Part shown: piece by piece, positions 47,299 to 57,756 of the stretch
Position numbering within the stretch: position 1 is the stretch's first letter
How the letters are laid out: the number at the start of each line of letters is the position of its first letter
Source of the DNA: an uncultured Bacilli bacterium
GTDB lineage: Bacteria > Bacillota_I > Bacilli_A > RF39 > UBA660
Reading direction: 5' to 3'
DNA length: 64,000 nucleotides
Assembly (NCBI GenBank): GCA_934130405.1
Contig: CAKOXX010000003.1
Location: 13,643 to 77,642, forward strand
Translations under genes and position numbers: made by a program
The notes under the pieces: model-generated
Seen by the model: the letters and a program-made list of their open reading frames with translations, nothing else
What the model was told of the DNA's origin: nothing
Databases searched by the model: none

Positions 47299-49209
47299 CT
47301 AATATAATTTAGCACCTGCTGGTATATGTCCATCCACCATTAATAGATGTAACTTTTCTTCATTTTCTTCAGTATGAACAGCACTTAAAAGCATTCCACA
47401 AGAATCTATTCCCATCATTGTACGTGGAGGTAAGTTAGTAATTGCTACTAGGGTTTTACCAATTAATTCTTCTGGTTCATAATATGCATGAATTCCACTA
47501 AGAATAGTTCTATCAGTACCAGTTCCATCATCTAAAGTAAATTGTAATAATTTTTTACTTTTTGGAACAGCAACACAATCTTTAACTTTTACTGCACGAA
47601 AATCACTTTTACTAAATGTGTCAAAATCAACATAATCAGTAAATAATGGTTCTATTTCTACTTTAGAAAAGTCTATTACTTCTTTTTTAGGTTCAACTAC
47701 TATATCTTTTTTTACTGTTTCAGTACCATTTAATGGTTTCATGGTTGGGAATAAGATTACATCTCTAATTGATTCAGATTCTGTAAATAACATTACTAAT
47801 CTATCTATTCCATAACCAACTCCTCCTGCTGGAGGCATTCCATATTCTAAAGCTTCAACGAAGTCCATATCTATATCATTAGCTTCAGCATTTCCTAAAT
47901 CTTTTTCTTTTAATTGCTCTTCAAATCTTTCTAATTGGTCGATTGGGTCATTTAACTCAGTATAAGCATTAGCAAATTCACGACCAGCAATAAATAATTC
48001 AAATCTATCAACAAATCTAGGGTCTTCAACATTTCTCTTTGTAAGTGGTGATATTTCTACTGGATGTCCATATAAGAAAGTTGGTTGAATTAGTGTTTCT
48101 TCTACATATTTTTCAAAGAATAGGTTGATTATGTGACCTACTGTTTTTTCATGCTCTTCAACTACTATTTGATGTTCTCTAGCTAATTCTAGTGCTTCAT
48201 CAAGTGTCATTTCTTGTTTGAAGTCTATTCCTGTCTTTTCTTTTATGGCATCCACCATACTTATTCTCTTCCAAGGTCCTTCTAGATTAATTTCATAACC
48301 ATACCAGTTATAAGTCATTTTACCCATTACTTCTTTAGCAATAGTTTGATACATATTTTCCGTTAAATTCATCATACCTTCTAAATCACTATATGCTAAG
48401 TAAGCTTCCATTAAGGTAAATTCTGGATTGTGTTTTAAATCCATTCCTTCATTTCTAAATACTCTTCCTATTTCATAAACAGCTTCCATTCCACCTACTA
48501 ATAGTCTTTTTAATGGTAACTCTAAAGCTATTCTTAAATACATGTCTAAGTCTTGAGCATTATGATGAGTAATAAATGGTTTAGCACTTGCTCCTGTAAG
48601 TAATGTTGATAAAACTGGAGTTTCTACTTCTGTAAATCCTTGTTTATCCATATAATTTTGAATACATCTAATAATTTTTGGACGTAAGAAAGCTACTCTT
48701 TTTGAATCATCATTCATTATTAAATCAACATAGCGTCTTCTATAACGTTCCTCTTTATCTGTAAGACCATGGAATTTTTCAGGAAGTGGTTTTAATGCTT
48801 TAACTAGTGGAGTATATTCTAAGCATTTTATAGTTACTTCTCCCGTTCTTGTTTTCATTATCTTTCCACGTATTCCTACTATATCTCCAAGGTCAGCAGT
48901 TTTAAATAGACTGTATTTCTCTTCACCAATGTCATTAATTGATATATAAATTTGAATAAGTCCTGTTTTATCTTTAATAGTACAAAAAGAAGCTTTTCCC
49001 ATCTTTCTAATAAACATTATTCTTCCTGCTACTATGGCTTCATCTGTCATATTTTCAAATGCATCATGTTCTACATCTTTATATTTTTCTTTGATTTCCT
49101 GTGCATAAGCATTTCTTTGAAAACTATGACCAAATGGATCTAAGCCTAATTCTCTTAATTTTTCTGCTTTTTCACGTCTAACAACTTCTTGTTCTGTTAA
49201 TTCTCGCAT
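47299..49209 (-). CDS. lysS: lysine--tRNA ligase (class II) with a C-terminal tRNA-binding (EMAP/CsaA-like OB) domain
   Basis: The first ~495 aa are canonical LysRS (anticodon OB, motifs 1-3, GIDRLVM). The last ~120 aa read FRAVKVKDCVAVPKSKKLLQFTLDDGTG.DRTILSGI...GKTLVAITNLPPRTMMGIDSCGMLLSA, which is the tRNA_bind pattern. Confidence 0.9.
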   Translation of the reverse strand: MRELTEQEVVRREKAEKLRELGLDPFGHSFQRNAYAQEIKEKYKDVEHDAFENMTDEAIVAGRIMFIRKMGKASFCTIKDKTGLIQIYISINDIGEEKYSLFKTADLGDIVGIRGKIMKTRTGEVTIKCLEYTPLVKALKPLPEKFHGLTDKEERYRRRYVDLIMNDDSKRVAFLRPKIIRCIQNYMDKQGFTEVETPVLSTLLTGASAKPFITHHNAQDLDMYLRIALELPLKRLLVGGMEAVYEIGRVFRNEGMDLKHNPEFTLMEAYLAYSDLEGMMNLTENMYQTIAKEVMGKMTYNWYGYEINLEGPWKRISMVDAIKEKTGIDFKQEMTLDEALELAREHQIVVEEHEKTVGHIINLFFEKYVEETLIQPTFLYGHPVEISPLTKRNVEDPRFVDRFELFIAGREFANAYTELNDPIDQLERFEEQLKEKDLGNAEANDIDMDFVEALEYGMPPAGGVGYGIDRLVMLFTESESIRDVILFPTMKPLNGTETVKKDIVVEPKKEVIDFSKVEIEPLFTDYVDFDTFSKSDFRAVKVKDCVAVPKSKKLLQFTLDDGTGTDRTILSGIHAYYEPEELIGKTLVAITNLPPRTMMGIDSCGMLLSAVHTEENEEKLHLLMVDGHIPAGAKLY

Positions 49210-49844
49210 AATTCTTCCTCCTCTTTATTTTCTACGGTATTAGTACAAACAACTATTGTTCCTACTAGCTTATCATGAAGTCCTTGTTTTTCTTTCGTAA
49301 ATGCAATAAGAAAAAAGCTAACTAATAATATACTATATTGTACAAGATTTAGCAAACTATTAGTTGCTAGATAGGTATCTTTATCAAGAAATAGTATTGT
49401 ACAAAATCCTATGATACTTACTAAGGTTCCTTGTAATATCATAGTTCTAAATAATAAATCATTCATTGTTAATTGGTCATCGTTTTTCTTTTTGATTTTA
49501 ATCTTCATCATCTTCTTACCAATCGTTTGACCATCATTTTTATATACATATAAAACATAATACAAAAGTGATATTGCTATTCCTACTAATGTGGCTATTC
49601 CTGTTTGCTTGGCTATATCGTAACTAATATCTACAAGTTGATTTACATATTCTTCCATAGTTATTTTCTGACTTGTATAGTTTTCGATAATTTTTGTTTG
49701 TTGATCATATAGTTTATCAATAGTACCATTTGTTGGAATAAATGTTGTTACTAAGGTAGTTAAAGCTGATACTAAAAATAAATCTATCATAAATGCTACA
49801 AATCGTTGTGAAAATAAGGCTTTTACTTCTTTCTTCTCTTTCAT
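49197..49844 (-). CDS. RDD family membrane protein
   Basis: Three TM segments with the RFVAFMIDL... start and the GLHDKLVGT motif near the C-terminus. It overlaps both neighbours. Confidence 0.7.
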   Translation of the reverse strand: MKEKKEVKALFSQRFVAFMIDLFLVSALTTLVTTFIPTNGTIDKLYDQQTKIIENYTSQKITMEEYVNQLVDISYDIAKQTGIATLVGIAISLLYYVLYVYKNDGQTIGKKMMKIKIKKKNDDQLTMNDLLFRTMILQGTLVSIIGFCTILFLDKDTYLATNSLLNLVQYSILLVSFFLIAFTKEKQGLHDKLVGTIVVCTNTVENKEEEELCEN

Positions 49845-50818
49845 ACAAAGTTCCTCCTAAATACTTCTAACATATGTAGTATATCACAAAGACTAGTCAT
49901 TTGATAAATATTATTTTTTAACTGATTACTACCCTCTACACCTTTTAGATACCAAGCAATATGATTTCTAATTTCTAAAACTGCTACTTTCTCATTCTTT
50001 AATTCACTTAGTAGTTTTAAGTGTTTTATACACATATCTATTCTTTCTACAGGTGTTACTTCTTTGAAATATTTCTTTCCGTCAAGTAATGCTACAGTAT
50101 CTCTTATCAGCCACGGATTGCCTAATACTCCTCGTCCAATCATTATAGCGTCACAACCAGTTTCTTCTAACATTTTCTTTGCTAATTCTTTAGTAGTTAT
50201 ATCGCCATTACCTATTACAGGTATTGATACATTTTCTTTAACTTGTTTTATTATGTTCCAATCAGCTTTACCACTATATCCTTGTTTTCTAGTTCTTGGA
50301 TGAACGCATATAGCACTTGCTCCTGCTTCTTCACATATCTTAGCTATTTCTACAGCATTAATAGAATCACTATCCCAGCCACTTCTAATTTTAACAGTAA
50401 CAGGACATTTAACACTTTTAACTACTGCTGTGACTATTTCTTTTACTTTTTCGGGATTTTTAAGTAGGGCACTCCCTGCTTGAGCTCGAACAGCTACTTT
50501 AGGAACTGGACAACCCATGTTTATATCAATTATATCTGGATGCATAGTAGTTTCTATGTATTTTGCTGCTGTTACAAAACTATCTACGTCACTGCCAAAT
50601 ATTTGCTGGGTAATTGGTCGTTCTTCTTCACTCATATACAACATATCAATAGTTTTTTGATTATCATAGCAAATGGCTTTATCACTTACCATTTCAGCAT
50701 AGATTAAACCACAACCCATTTCTTTAATAATTCTTCTATAAGCACTATTACAAATTCCTGCCATTGGTGCTAATACTACTTGATTTTCTATTTCTACATC
50801 TCTAATTTTCCACTTCAT
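49841..50818 (-). CDS. dusB: tRNA-dihydrouridine synthase B
   Basis: LAPMAG.(C/T), DINMGCP and HPRTR motifs; 325 aa. Confidence 0.92.
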   Translation of the reverse strand: MKWKIRDVEIENQVVLAPMAGICNSAYRRIIKEMGCGLIYAEMVSDKAICYDNQKTIDMLYMSEEERPITQQIFGSDVDSFVTAAKYIETTMHPDIIDINMGCPVPKVAVRAQAGSALLKNPEKVKEIVTAVVKSVKCPVTVKIRSGWDSDSINAVEIAKICEEAGASAICVHPRTRKQGYSGKADWNIIKQVKENVSIPVIGNGDITTKELAKKMLEETGCDAIMIGRGVLGNPWLIRDTVALLDGKKYFKEVTPVERIDMCIKHLKLLSELKNEKVAVLEIRNHIAWYLKGVEGSNQLKNNIYQMTSLCDILHMLEVFRRNFV

Positions 50819-50827
50819 AAATACCCC

Positions 50828-51850
50828 TTATATTATTTTTTTTACTTTTGTTTTTAATTTTTGATTTTTGCTTTTGTAGTTTAATGATGCTTTTGCTAAA
50901 ATTAAATTTTCTAATAAAACATTTTCTAATTCTAAGTTGTTTTTATTTCTTATTTTACTTATAGTGACATTTGTTAAAAATGCTAAACTATCATATAGTG
51001 AATATTCCTCTACTTTTTCTGGTAAATTTAAGTTATCTAGTTCATCACAAACATCATATGTCTGTACAATTCGACCATTACTATATCTCTCATAAAAACT
51101 ATTAACATCTCTTGCTAGCTCTTGAACATTTACTGATTGCATAATAATTTTTCTATTATCAATTCCTTTGTGATAATTAGGATTAAGCGTTGGCATCTTC
51201 TTTCTAGTGCAAAAATCTGCTAATATCAGAGCATATGTTGTTTCATAAATAAGACTATCATTACTGTATACCTTTTCACCAACTTTTTCTAAATGGTTTG
51301 CTACTTCATTTATTTTAGAGATTGGTATGTTTAATTCTTCTGTTAATTGGTTAAAAATTGCAGCATTAAGATTTAGTATTAAATTAAGACTCCGTTCTTT
51401 GTCACCATATAATTCAGTCAAATGATACATAGTAACAGTAGTCATAACATTTATACCAGCTTTTTCTAAAAGTTTTATCATTGCTTCTTTTGTTCCTATT
51501 TCCTTAGTTTCATCTATTTGCTCAAAACTTCTTCTAATTAGTTGAGCAGGATTTTCAAAAGCAGACATTAAATCAACTGCTTCTGCTTTATAAAAGAAAC
51601 CATAGACTATCTTTTTTAACTCATTTATATTTTTAACTTCTAATGAGGGTACTTTTTCTAAAAAATAGTCATTCATATAATTATAATATTTATTCTTTAA
51701 GTAATAACTTTCCTTGCCATATAATATATCAGCAGATTTTATTATTTCTTTGATTTTTTTTAAGGTTTCTTTATCATAATTTTTTTCATAAAATTTATCA
51801 GGATAAGTTTTTAAAAGTATTAATATATTTGCTATATTATCATCAGTCAC
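50828..51850 (-). CDS. hypothetical protein, tandem paralog 2
   Basis: 340 aa. Shares YDK.TL..(I/L)KEIIK.AD.LYGK, FFYK...VDL, PNPNY, (E/D)YSLYD.L.(A/F)LT..T(I/L)SKI and LEN(V/I)LL.NL.L.K blocks with 51927-52916. Confidence 0.55.
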   Translation of the reverse strand: MTDDNIANILILLKTYPDKFYEKNYDKETLKKIKEIIKSADILYGKESYYLKNKYYNYMNDYFLEKVPSLEVKNINELKKIVYGFFYKAEAVDLMSAFENPAQLIRRSFEQIDETKEIGTKEAMIKLLEKAGINVMTTVTMYHLTELYGDKERSLNLILNLNAAIFNQLTEELNIPISKINEVANHLEKVGEKVYSNDSLIYETTYALILADFCTRKKMPTLNPNYHKGIDNRKIIMQSVNVQELARDVNSFYERYSNGRIVQTYDVCDELDNLNLPEKVEEYSLYDSLAFLTNVTISKIRNKNNLELENVLLENLILAKASLNYKSKNQKLKTKVKKII

Positions 51851-51926
51851 TCTATCATCTACTTTCTGTTATAATATGTTAATAATTATGTTCTTTAATA
51901 ACATTTTTCTATATTTATTGTTTAAT

Positions 51927-52916
51927 TTATAATTTTTTTATTTTAAGTTTTAAGCTATTTTTTTTAGCTTTAGGTTCTAATATCTTTTTTGATAAAGCTA
52001 AATTTTGTAATAGAATATTTTCTAGTGATATATTATTTTCTTTTGTTATTTTAGAAAGCGTAGTAGTTGTTAAAGCTGTTAAGCAATCATATAATGAGTA
52101 ATCTCCTATTTTTTTAGAAGAAGTTTTTAAACTTTCAATATCTGTTATACTTTCGTCTATACTTATATTTTTTTTGGAAGTATTTCCTTGAAAATATTGT
52201 TTAGAAATATCTTCTAAATCTGATATAGTCATTTTTCTTTCAATATTCTTGTTAGCTGTATTCTTTCCATCATAATTAGGATTAGGTCTGAACACTTCTT
52301 TTTCAATACAAAAATTTGCTAAAGTATTTCCATAAACAGCTGTGAAAAATTTAGAATCAGTAAGTAATACGTCACTACTCATTTCATAAAATTTATCAGC
52401 AATCAGTTTAGCACAAAAATCATCTGTTTTTTTTGTATTAAGTTTATTTGCTATACAAGCATTTATTCCTAATAATGATGTTAAAATTGGATTATCTATT
52501 ATAGAAGGCATTATAGAACAAGAAAGGACACCAATACTATCAATAGCAAATAACGCTTTAATAGAAGCTTCATCTCTTTTTCTTTTTACTTCGTTTATTT
52601 GATTAAAACAACTTTCTACATAATCTATAGCATCAGTTAAATCCACTCTAGGAGTTTTATAAAAGAAAGCTAGTGCTACTTTTTCTAATTCTTTTCTTTG
52701 TTTTACTCCTCTTTTGTTCATAAAAAAGTACTTTTCTAAAAATAAATTATATTTATTTATTAAATATGCACTTTGTTGTTTTCCATATAATGTATCAGCT
52801 TTTTTTATTATCTCTTTTAGTCTAGATAAAGTTCTTTTATCATATTTATCTTTACTTAATTCTAACGAACTAGTTTTAATATCACTTAATATTTTCAAAA
52901 TTGTTTCATCTTGCAT
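51927..52916 (-). CDS. hypothetical protein, tandem paralog 1
   Basis: 329 aa; see 50828-51850. Confidence 0.55.
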   Translation of the reverse strand: MQDETILKILSDIKTSSLELSKDKYDKRTLSRLKEIIKKADTLYGKQQSAYLINKYNLFLEKYFFMNKRGVKQRKELEKVALAFFYKTPRVDLTDAIDYVESCFNQINEVKRKRDEASIKALFAIDSIGVLSCSIMPSIIDNPILTSLLGINACIANKLNTKKTDDFCAKLIADKFYEMSSDVLLTDSKFFTAVYGNTLANFCIEKEVFRPNPNYDGKNTANKNIERKMTISDLEDISKQYFQGNTSKKNISIDESITDIESLKTSSKKIGDYSLYDCLTALTTTTLSKITKENNISLENILLQNLALSKKILEPKAKKNSLKLKIKKL

Positions 52917-52927
52917 TTAATCAATAC

Positions 52928-53353
52928 CTATTTATTATTCTTTAATAAATCTCTTATTTCTTCTAAAAGAATAACTTGTTCATCTTTCTTTGGTTTTTCT
53001 TCTTCTTTTTTATGTCCTAACTTCTTGTCGGCTTTTTCTTTTATACTATTAAGTATCTGTAACATAGTAAAGATACAAAGTGCAATTATTAGAAAATCAA
53101 CAACACTTTGAATAAAAGAACCATATTTGATAGAGGCATCCCCTACTTTAATACTTAGTGAACTAAAATCAAGTCCTCCTAAGACAACTCCTACTAATGG
53201 CATAATAATATCATTTACTAAACTACTAACTATTTTTCCAAAAGCTCCACCGATAATGACACCAATAGCCATATCCACAACTGATCCTCTACTTATAAAT
53301 TTTTTAAATTCATCTGCTTCTTTTTTTAGATTTTTATTCACTTTTTTATCCAT
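52928..53353 (-). CDS. mscL: large-conductance mechanosensitive channel MscL
   Basis: EFKKFISRGSVVDMAIGVIIGGAFGKIVSSLVNDIIMP is the hallmark MscL N-terminus/TM1. The start is moved to the ATG at 53353 (AAGGAGGA SD). Confidence 0.92.
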   Translation of the reverse strand: MDKKVNKNLKKEADEFKKFISRGSVVDMAIGVIIGGAFGKIVSSLVNDIIMPLVGVVLGGLDFSSLSIKVGDASIKYGSFIQSVVDFLIIALCIFTMLQILNSIKEKADKKLGHKKEEEKPKKDEQVILLEEIRDLLKNNK

Positions 53354-53410
53354 TTTATCCTCCTTTTTCACTCCTCGTGAAATTTCACACATATTATACT
53401 AAAAAAAGAA

Positions 53411-55375
53411 CTATTTCTCAAGTTCTTTTATAATTTCTTCCTTATCCATCTTTGAATAACCTTTAATACCTTTTTCTTTAGCTAATTCTTTAAGTTTAGT
53501 CAAACTCATTTTTTCATAAGTTGTTTCATCATCTTCACTAGGCATTTTACCATTTTCTACTAAGTAATCAATTTGTTCCTTAGTTAATGTTTCATATTCT
53601 AATAAGGTTGTTGCTAATAGTTCTAATAAATCACGATTATCATTAATAATCTTTGTAGCTTTCTTATAGCATTCATCAATGATTTTTCTCATTTCTGTAT
53701 CTATTTCATGTGCTACTTCATTAGAGAAGTTTCTTGATTTATTATAATCTCTTCCAAGGAAGACGCTTCCTTCTTGTTGTTCTAATTGCATTGGTCCTAA
53801 ATCGCTCATTCCGTATTCAGTAACCATTGCTCTTGCAATCTTTGTAGCTTTTGAGAAATCATTTTCTGCTCCAGTTGTAATTTCTCCAAATACTACCTCT
53901 TCAGCAACACGTCCTGCTAGTAGACCTGTTATTTGCTCTAATAAATCAGTCTTAGTAGAACACATTTTTTCTTCACTAGGAATCATCATATTATAACCGC
54001 CAGCGGAACCACGTGGAATAATTGTTACCTTTTGAACATCATTTGCTCCTTTTAGCTTAATTCCTACGACAGCATGTCCAGATTCGTGATATGCTACTAA
54101 TTTACGGTCATTTTCACTACGTGTCTTACTAGATTTAGCAGGTCCCATTAATACCCTGTCACTAGCTTCATCTATTTCACTCATTGTAATTGCTTCTTTA
54201 TTTCTTCTAACAGCAAGTAACGCAGCTTCATTTAATAAGTTTTCTAAGTCAGCTCCTGAATAACCTGGAGTTCTTTTAGCAAGAGCTGGAATATTTACTC
54301 CATCTGCTAAAACTTTGTTTCTAGCGTGAACTTTAAGAATCTCTTCTCTTCCTTTAACGTCAGGTAAGTTAACAGTTACTTGTCTATCAAATCTTCCTGG
54401 TCTAAGTAAAGCTGGATCTAAAACATCAGGTCTATTAGTTGCAGCAATTATGATAATACCTTCATTTTCACCAAAACCATCCATTTCTGTAAGTAATTGG
54501 TTTAAAGTTTGTTCTCTTTCATCATGTCCGCCGCCGATACCACTACCACGTTGACGACCAACTGCATCTATTTCATCAATAAAGATTAAACAAGGAGCTG
54601 TCCTTTTAGCCTGTTGGAACATATCTCTAACACGACTGGCACCTACACCAACAAATAGTTCTACAAAGTCAGAACCACTAATATAGTAGAAAGGAACATT
54701 TGCTTCACCAGCTACTGCTCTTGCTAGTAATGTTTTACCTGTGCCTGGAGGACCATATAGTAATACTCCTTTAGGAATTCTTGCACCAAGTTTCTGGAAT
54801 TTCTTAGGATTTTTCAAGAAATCAATTAATTCTTTTACTTCTTCTTTTTCTTCTTTTAAACCTGCAACATCTTTAAATGTTACTTTATTTTTATCACTTG
54901 ATAATTTAGCTTTACTCTTTCCAAAATCAAATGAGCCATTCTTTCCACCCATTTGTTTATTTAAGAACCAAAAACCAATGGCAAGTACTAATAACATAGG
55001 TAAATAATTAGCTACAATAATTAATAATGAATTTGATTCTGGATCAGCTACAGCAGTAAATTCAAAGTTATATTTATCACTTGCAGTAACTAACTTCTTC
55101 ATTACTTGTTCTGATAATGGAAGTCTTACATAAAAAGTTTCGTTTTCTTTATAATTTTTTAATTTACCACGTACTTCATAAATACTAGCTCTTTCTCTTG
55201 GTTTAACTTCTAGTTCAGTTACTTCACTAGAATCTAATGATTTCATAAATTCACTATAAGTTAAGTTATTAATTTTTTGATTAGCAATAGTAACAAAATA
55301 GAAAACGCCAAGCATGATAAGTAGTAAAAATACATAAGGAAGTAATCCTTGTCTTACTTTTTTATTTTGTGTCAT
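53411..55375 (-). CDS. ftsH: ATP-dependent zinc metalloprotease FtsH (with a C-terminal Rho_N/HeH-like tail)
   Basis: Two TM segments, an AAA module ([14 protein letters not shown]) and an HESGH zinc site. The last ~35 aa, [31 protein letters not shown], match the Rho-N/SAP-like helix-extension-helix pattern. Confidence 0.95.
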   Translation of the reverse strand: MTQNKKVRQGLLPYVFLLLIMLGVFYFVTIANQKINNLTYSEFMKSLDSSEVTELEVKPRERASIYEVRGKLKNYKENETFYVRLPLSEQVMKKLVTASDKYNFEFTAVADPESNSLLIIVANYLPMLLVLAIGFWFLNKQMGGKNGSFDFGKSKAKLSSDKNKVTFKDVAGLKEEKEEVKELIDFLKNPKKFQKLGARIPKGVLLYGPPGTGKTLLARAVAGEANVPFYYISGSDFVELFVGVGASRVRDMFQQAKRTAPCLIFIDEIDAVGRQRGSGIGGGHDEREQTLNQLLTEMDGFGENEGIIIIAATNRPDVLDPALLRPGRFDRQVTVNLPDVKGREEILKVHARNKVLADGVNIPALAKRTPGYSGADLENLLNEAALLAVRRNKEAITMSEIDEASDRVLMGPAKSSKTRSENDRKLVAYHESGHAVVGIKLKGANDVQKVTIIPRGSAGGYNMMIPSEEKMCSTKTDLLEQITGLLAGRVAEEVVFGEITTGAENDFSKATKIARAMVTEYGMSDLGPMQLEQQEGSVFLGRDYNKSRNFSNEVAHEIDTEMRKIIDECYKKATKIINDNRDLLELLATTLLEYETLTKEQIDYLVENGKMPSEDDETTYEKMSLTKLKELAKEKGIKGYSKMDKEEIIKELEK

Positions 55376-55392
55376 ATCAATATCTCCTTTAA

Positions 55393-56709
55393 CTATTCAT
55401 ATTTCAGTATTATATCATAGAATTCATCTTTTTTCTTATCGTATTTAGTTTTTTTGATACCTGGTATAAAGACTATTTGGTTTTTGCTATCAACTACTAC
55501 TGGCCATAAATCTCTATCTTTTAATGGTATTTTGCGATCTATAAATATCTTCTTTAATTTTCTATGTCCACCATTTTTAATTACTAATGTATCACCATAT
55601 TCTCTAGTCCTAACTCTTAATGGTAAAGTTAAATCTTTACTTGATAATCTTGTAATATTATTACTATTGCCCGATTCTTCTTCTACTACTTTTAAAGTAT
55701 GTCCATTAGGTAGTTTAGCATAATTTGATAATTCTATTTCGTATGTATCTATTATTTCTGTATTTCTATCAAATTCTATAGTATTATAACTCTTTCTAAT
55801 AACTACATCATTTGGAAAATTAAGTTTAACATTAGCTCTTTTGGAAGTAATTATTTTAAATATAGCATCTAGATGTTTATCAGATATTAAAACTAAGTCA
55901 TCCTGATAATATTTTTTTAATAATTCTTCTAAAACTAATTTTTGAATTATTTTATCTAATTCATTAAATGGTTCGATAAATAATTTATCATTTCTTACTA
56001 CTTTGGTCAAGGCTTTTTGAACCTCTTTATTTAGGTACTCTGATACTTCTTCTAAGGTAGTATGAAATTTAATAAATTTCCGTTCTACTTTACTATCTTC
56101 TTTCTTTAGAAATGGCAATACTTCTTTACGATAACGATTTCTTGTATAAACTGAACTGTTATTTGAAGCATCTATAGCATAAGGTATTTTATATTTATGG
56201 TCATAGTCTAATAATTTAGCTTTAGTTGTTTCAAAAAATGGTCTATAAATCGTATAGGTATCCATATTTACTATTTTTTTAAAACCAGAGTATCCATAAA
56301 TATTAGAACCTCTTACTATTCTCATTAAAATAGTTTCCATTAAATCATCGGCATGATGAGCTGTCATTAAGTATTTTGCTTGATATTTATTAACTACTTC
56401 TTCAAAGAAATTATATCTTATATTTCTTGCTTCATTGTGAAAATTATCATCACCATAATTTTTTATACGCATATATTCAAATACAACATCATGTTTAGCA
56501 CAATATTCTTCTAGTAAAACTTTTTCTTCTTCACTTTCTTTTCTCTTTCCATGATTAACGTGAGCACAAATTAGTTTTATGTTTATTTTTTTTCTAAGCA
56601 TTAATAACGTATGAAATAATGCCATAGAATCTGGTCCATAACTACATCCAAATACTATTACATCACCATCTTTTATTTTTATATCTTTATAAAGTAATTC
56701 TACATCCAT
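55393..56709 (-). CDS. tilS: tRNA(Ile)-lysidine synthase
   Basis: PP-loop FGCSYGPDSMAL (SGGxDS type), then a substrate-binding and C-terminal TilS domain; 438 aa, immediately upstream of ftsH. Confidence 0.9.
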   Translation of the reverse strand: MDVELLYKDIKIKDGDVIVFGCSYGPDSMALFHTLLMLRKKINIKLICAHVNHGKRKESEEEKVLLEEYCAKHDVVFEYMRIKNYGDDNFHNEARNIRYNFFEEVVNKYQAKYLMTAHHADDLMETILMRIVRGSNIYGYSGFKKIVNMDTYTIYRPFFETTKAKLLDYDHKYKIPYAIDASNNSSVYTRNRYRKEVLPFLKKEDSKVERKFIKFHTTLEEVSEYLNKEVQKALTKVVRNDKLFIEPFNELDKIIQKLVLEELLKKYYQDDLVLISDKHLDAIFKIITSKRANVKLNFPNDVVIRKSYNTIEFDRNTEIIDTYEIELSNYAKLPNGHTLKVVEEESGNSNNITRLSSKDLTLPLRVRTREYGDTLVIKNGGHRKLKKIFIDRKIPLKDRDLWPVVVDSKNQIVFIPGIKKTKYDKKKDEFYDIILKYE

Positions 56710-56734
56710 TTTTCCACCTCAATAAAAAGAATAC

Positions 56735-57031
56735 CTATTTATCTTCAGGTATTCTAAGAATATATTCTCCATCTTTTGAATAATAATACTTTTCTCTTGC
56801 ATACCTTGCTACATAATCTGCATCTTGTAATTTTAAAACGTCGGCTTTTAGTTCACTTTCTTTATCTTTTAAACTAGCAAGTTCTTTAGTAAGTTCTTTC
56901 TTTTCTTTATATTTACTATAGATACTAACCCAGTATTTTCCTACAGTATAGGTTGTGAACACTATCATAGCAAGAGAAAAAACACATAGAAAAAAGGGAC
57001 CCATCTTCTTTTTTTTCTTCTTTTTAGCCAT
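56735..57031 (-). CDS. divIC: septum formation initiator family protein (DivIC/FtsB)
   Basis: Short Lys-rich N-terminus, one TM and a coiled coil (LKDKESELKADVLKLQD). Position downstream of yabQ as in Bacillus. The start is moved to MAKKKKKKK. Confidence 0.75.
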   Translation of the reverse strand: MAKKKKKKKMGPFFLCVFSLAMIVFTTYTVGKYWVSIYSKYKEKKELTKELASLKDKESELKADVLKLQDADYVARYAREKYYYSKDGEYILRIPEDK

Positions 57032-57090
57032 AATATCACCCACTTTTCCTGATAATATTATAGACTTTTTTTCTAAGTTTTGCAAATTAA

Positions 57091-57381
57091 CTAATGGCTT
57101 TTTTGAAAGTTTGACATTATTTTCTGTATTTTCCTATAAGTAAGTAAATAGCCTAAAAAAATTAGTAAATAAAAAAGCGGATGAATCATTGCATTATTTA
57201 TCTTTTTCATTGATATAAAATATAGTAATGCCATATCTAAGGAGAAAAGAATGTTACCGATTATTTTTATTATTTTTTTACTTTGAAATAGAAATTTATA
57301 GTTAAGAGTAATAAGAAACGATAATAGTACTCCATATAGTCCTGAAAAAAAGATGGATATGATTTGTGTTTTTAAACTCAT
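57091..57381 (-). CDS. yabQ: spore cortex biosynthesis membrane protein YabQ
   Basis: 96-aa, 3-TM protein overlapping the yabP stop. Canonical yabP-yabQ-divIC order. Confidence 0.75.
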   Translation of the reverse strand: MSLKTQIISIFFSGLYGVLLSFLITLNYKFLFQSKKIIKIIGNILFSLDMALLYFISMKKINNAMIHPLFYLLIFLGYLLTYRKIQKIMSNFQKSH

Positions 57382-57677
57382 TATTTAAACAATCTTTGAA
57401 AGATACTACTTCCATCTTTATCTTTCTTAGAATTATCTTCTATATAGGTAAATCCATTAACATAACCTTTGATGGATACATTTCCTGATATAGTGTCTAA
57501 TTTTATAAGTTCTAGGCCATCTCCTTTTACTACTAAAAAGCCCATAGTGGTTTCTATTAAAAATTCTTCTTTATCAAAGTTTTCAATTTTTTTTACTCCC
57601 GTTATTAAAAGGTTTTTTCTTTCTGTTAAAGTTATACTGTGGTTATAGTTACTTATTATTGTCTCTTTAGTTTCCAT
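57381..57677 (-). CDS. yabP: sporulation protein YabP
   Basis: 98 aa with LTERKNLLITGV..I..F and GDGL.I..L...G.V.I.G blocks typical of YabP/YqfC. Confidence 0.85.
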   Translation of the reverse strand: METKETIISNYNHSITLTERKNLLITGVKKIENFDKEEFLIETTMGFLVVKGDGLELIKLDTISGNVSIKGYVNGFTYIEDNSKKDKDGSSIFQRLFK

Positions 57678-57723
57678 CTATTCTCCTCCTATTATAGAGT
57701 ATGAATTAAAAAATGGTAAAAGA

Positions 57724-57749
57724 ACAAAAAAAGAAGAACTAGTCTTCTT
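57724..57749 (-). terminator. rho-independent terminator after spoVG
   Basis: AAGAAGA-N5-TCTTCTT hairpin followed by TTTTTTT on the minus strand. Confidence 0.65.
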
Positions 57750-57756
57750 ATAATTA

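Noticed and set aside
57008-57016. A8 tract in the Lys run (MAKKKKKKK) of divIC, and similar 8-nt A/T tracts elsewhere (for example in prfB near 30826), considered as phase-variation switches.
   Set aside because: Such tracts are expected at this A+T content, and these lie in essential genes. Only the T9 tract in the accessory GT-C-like gene is retained, as a low-priority note.
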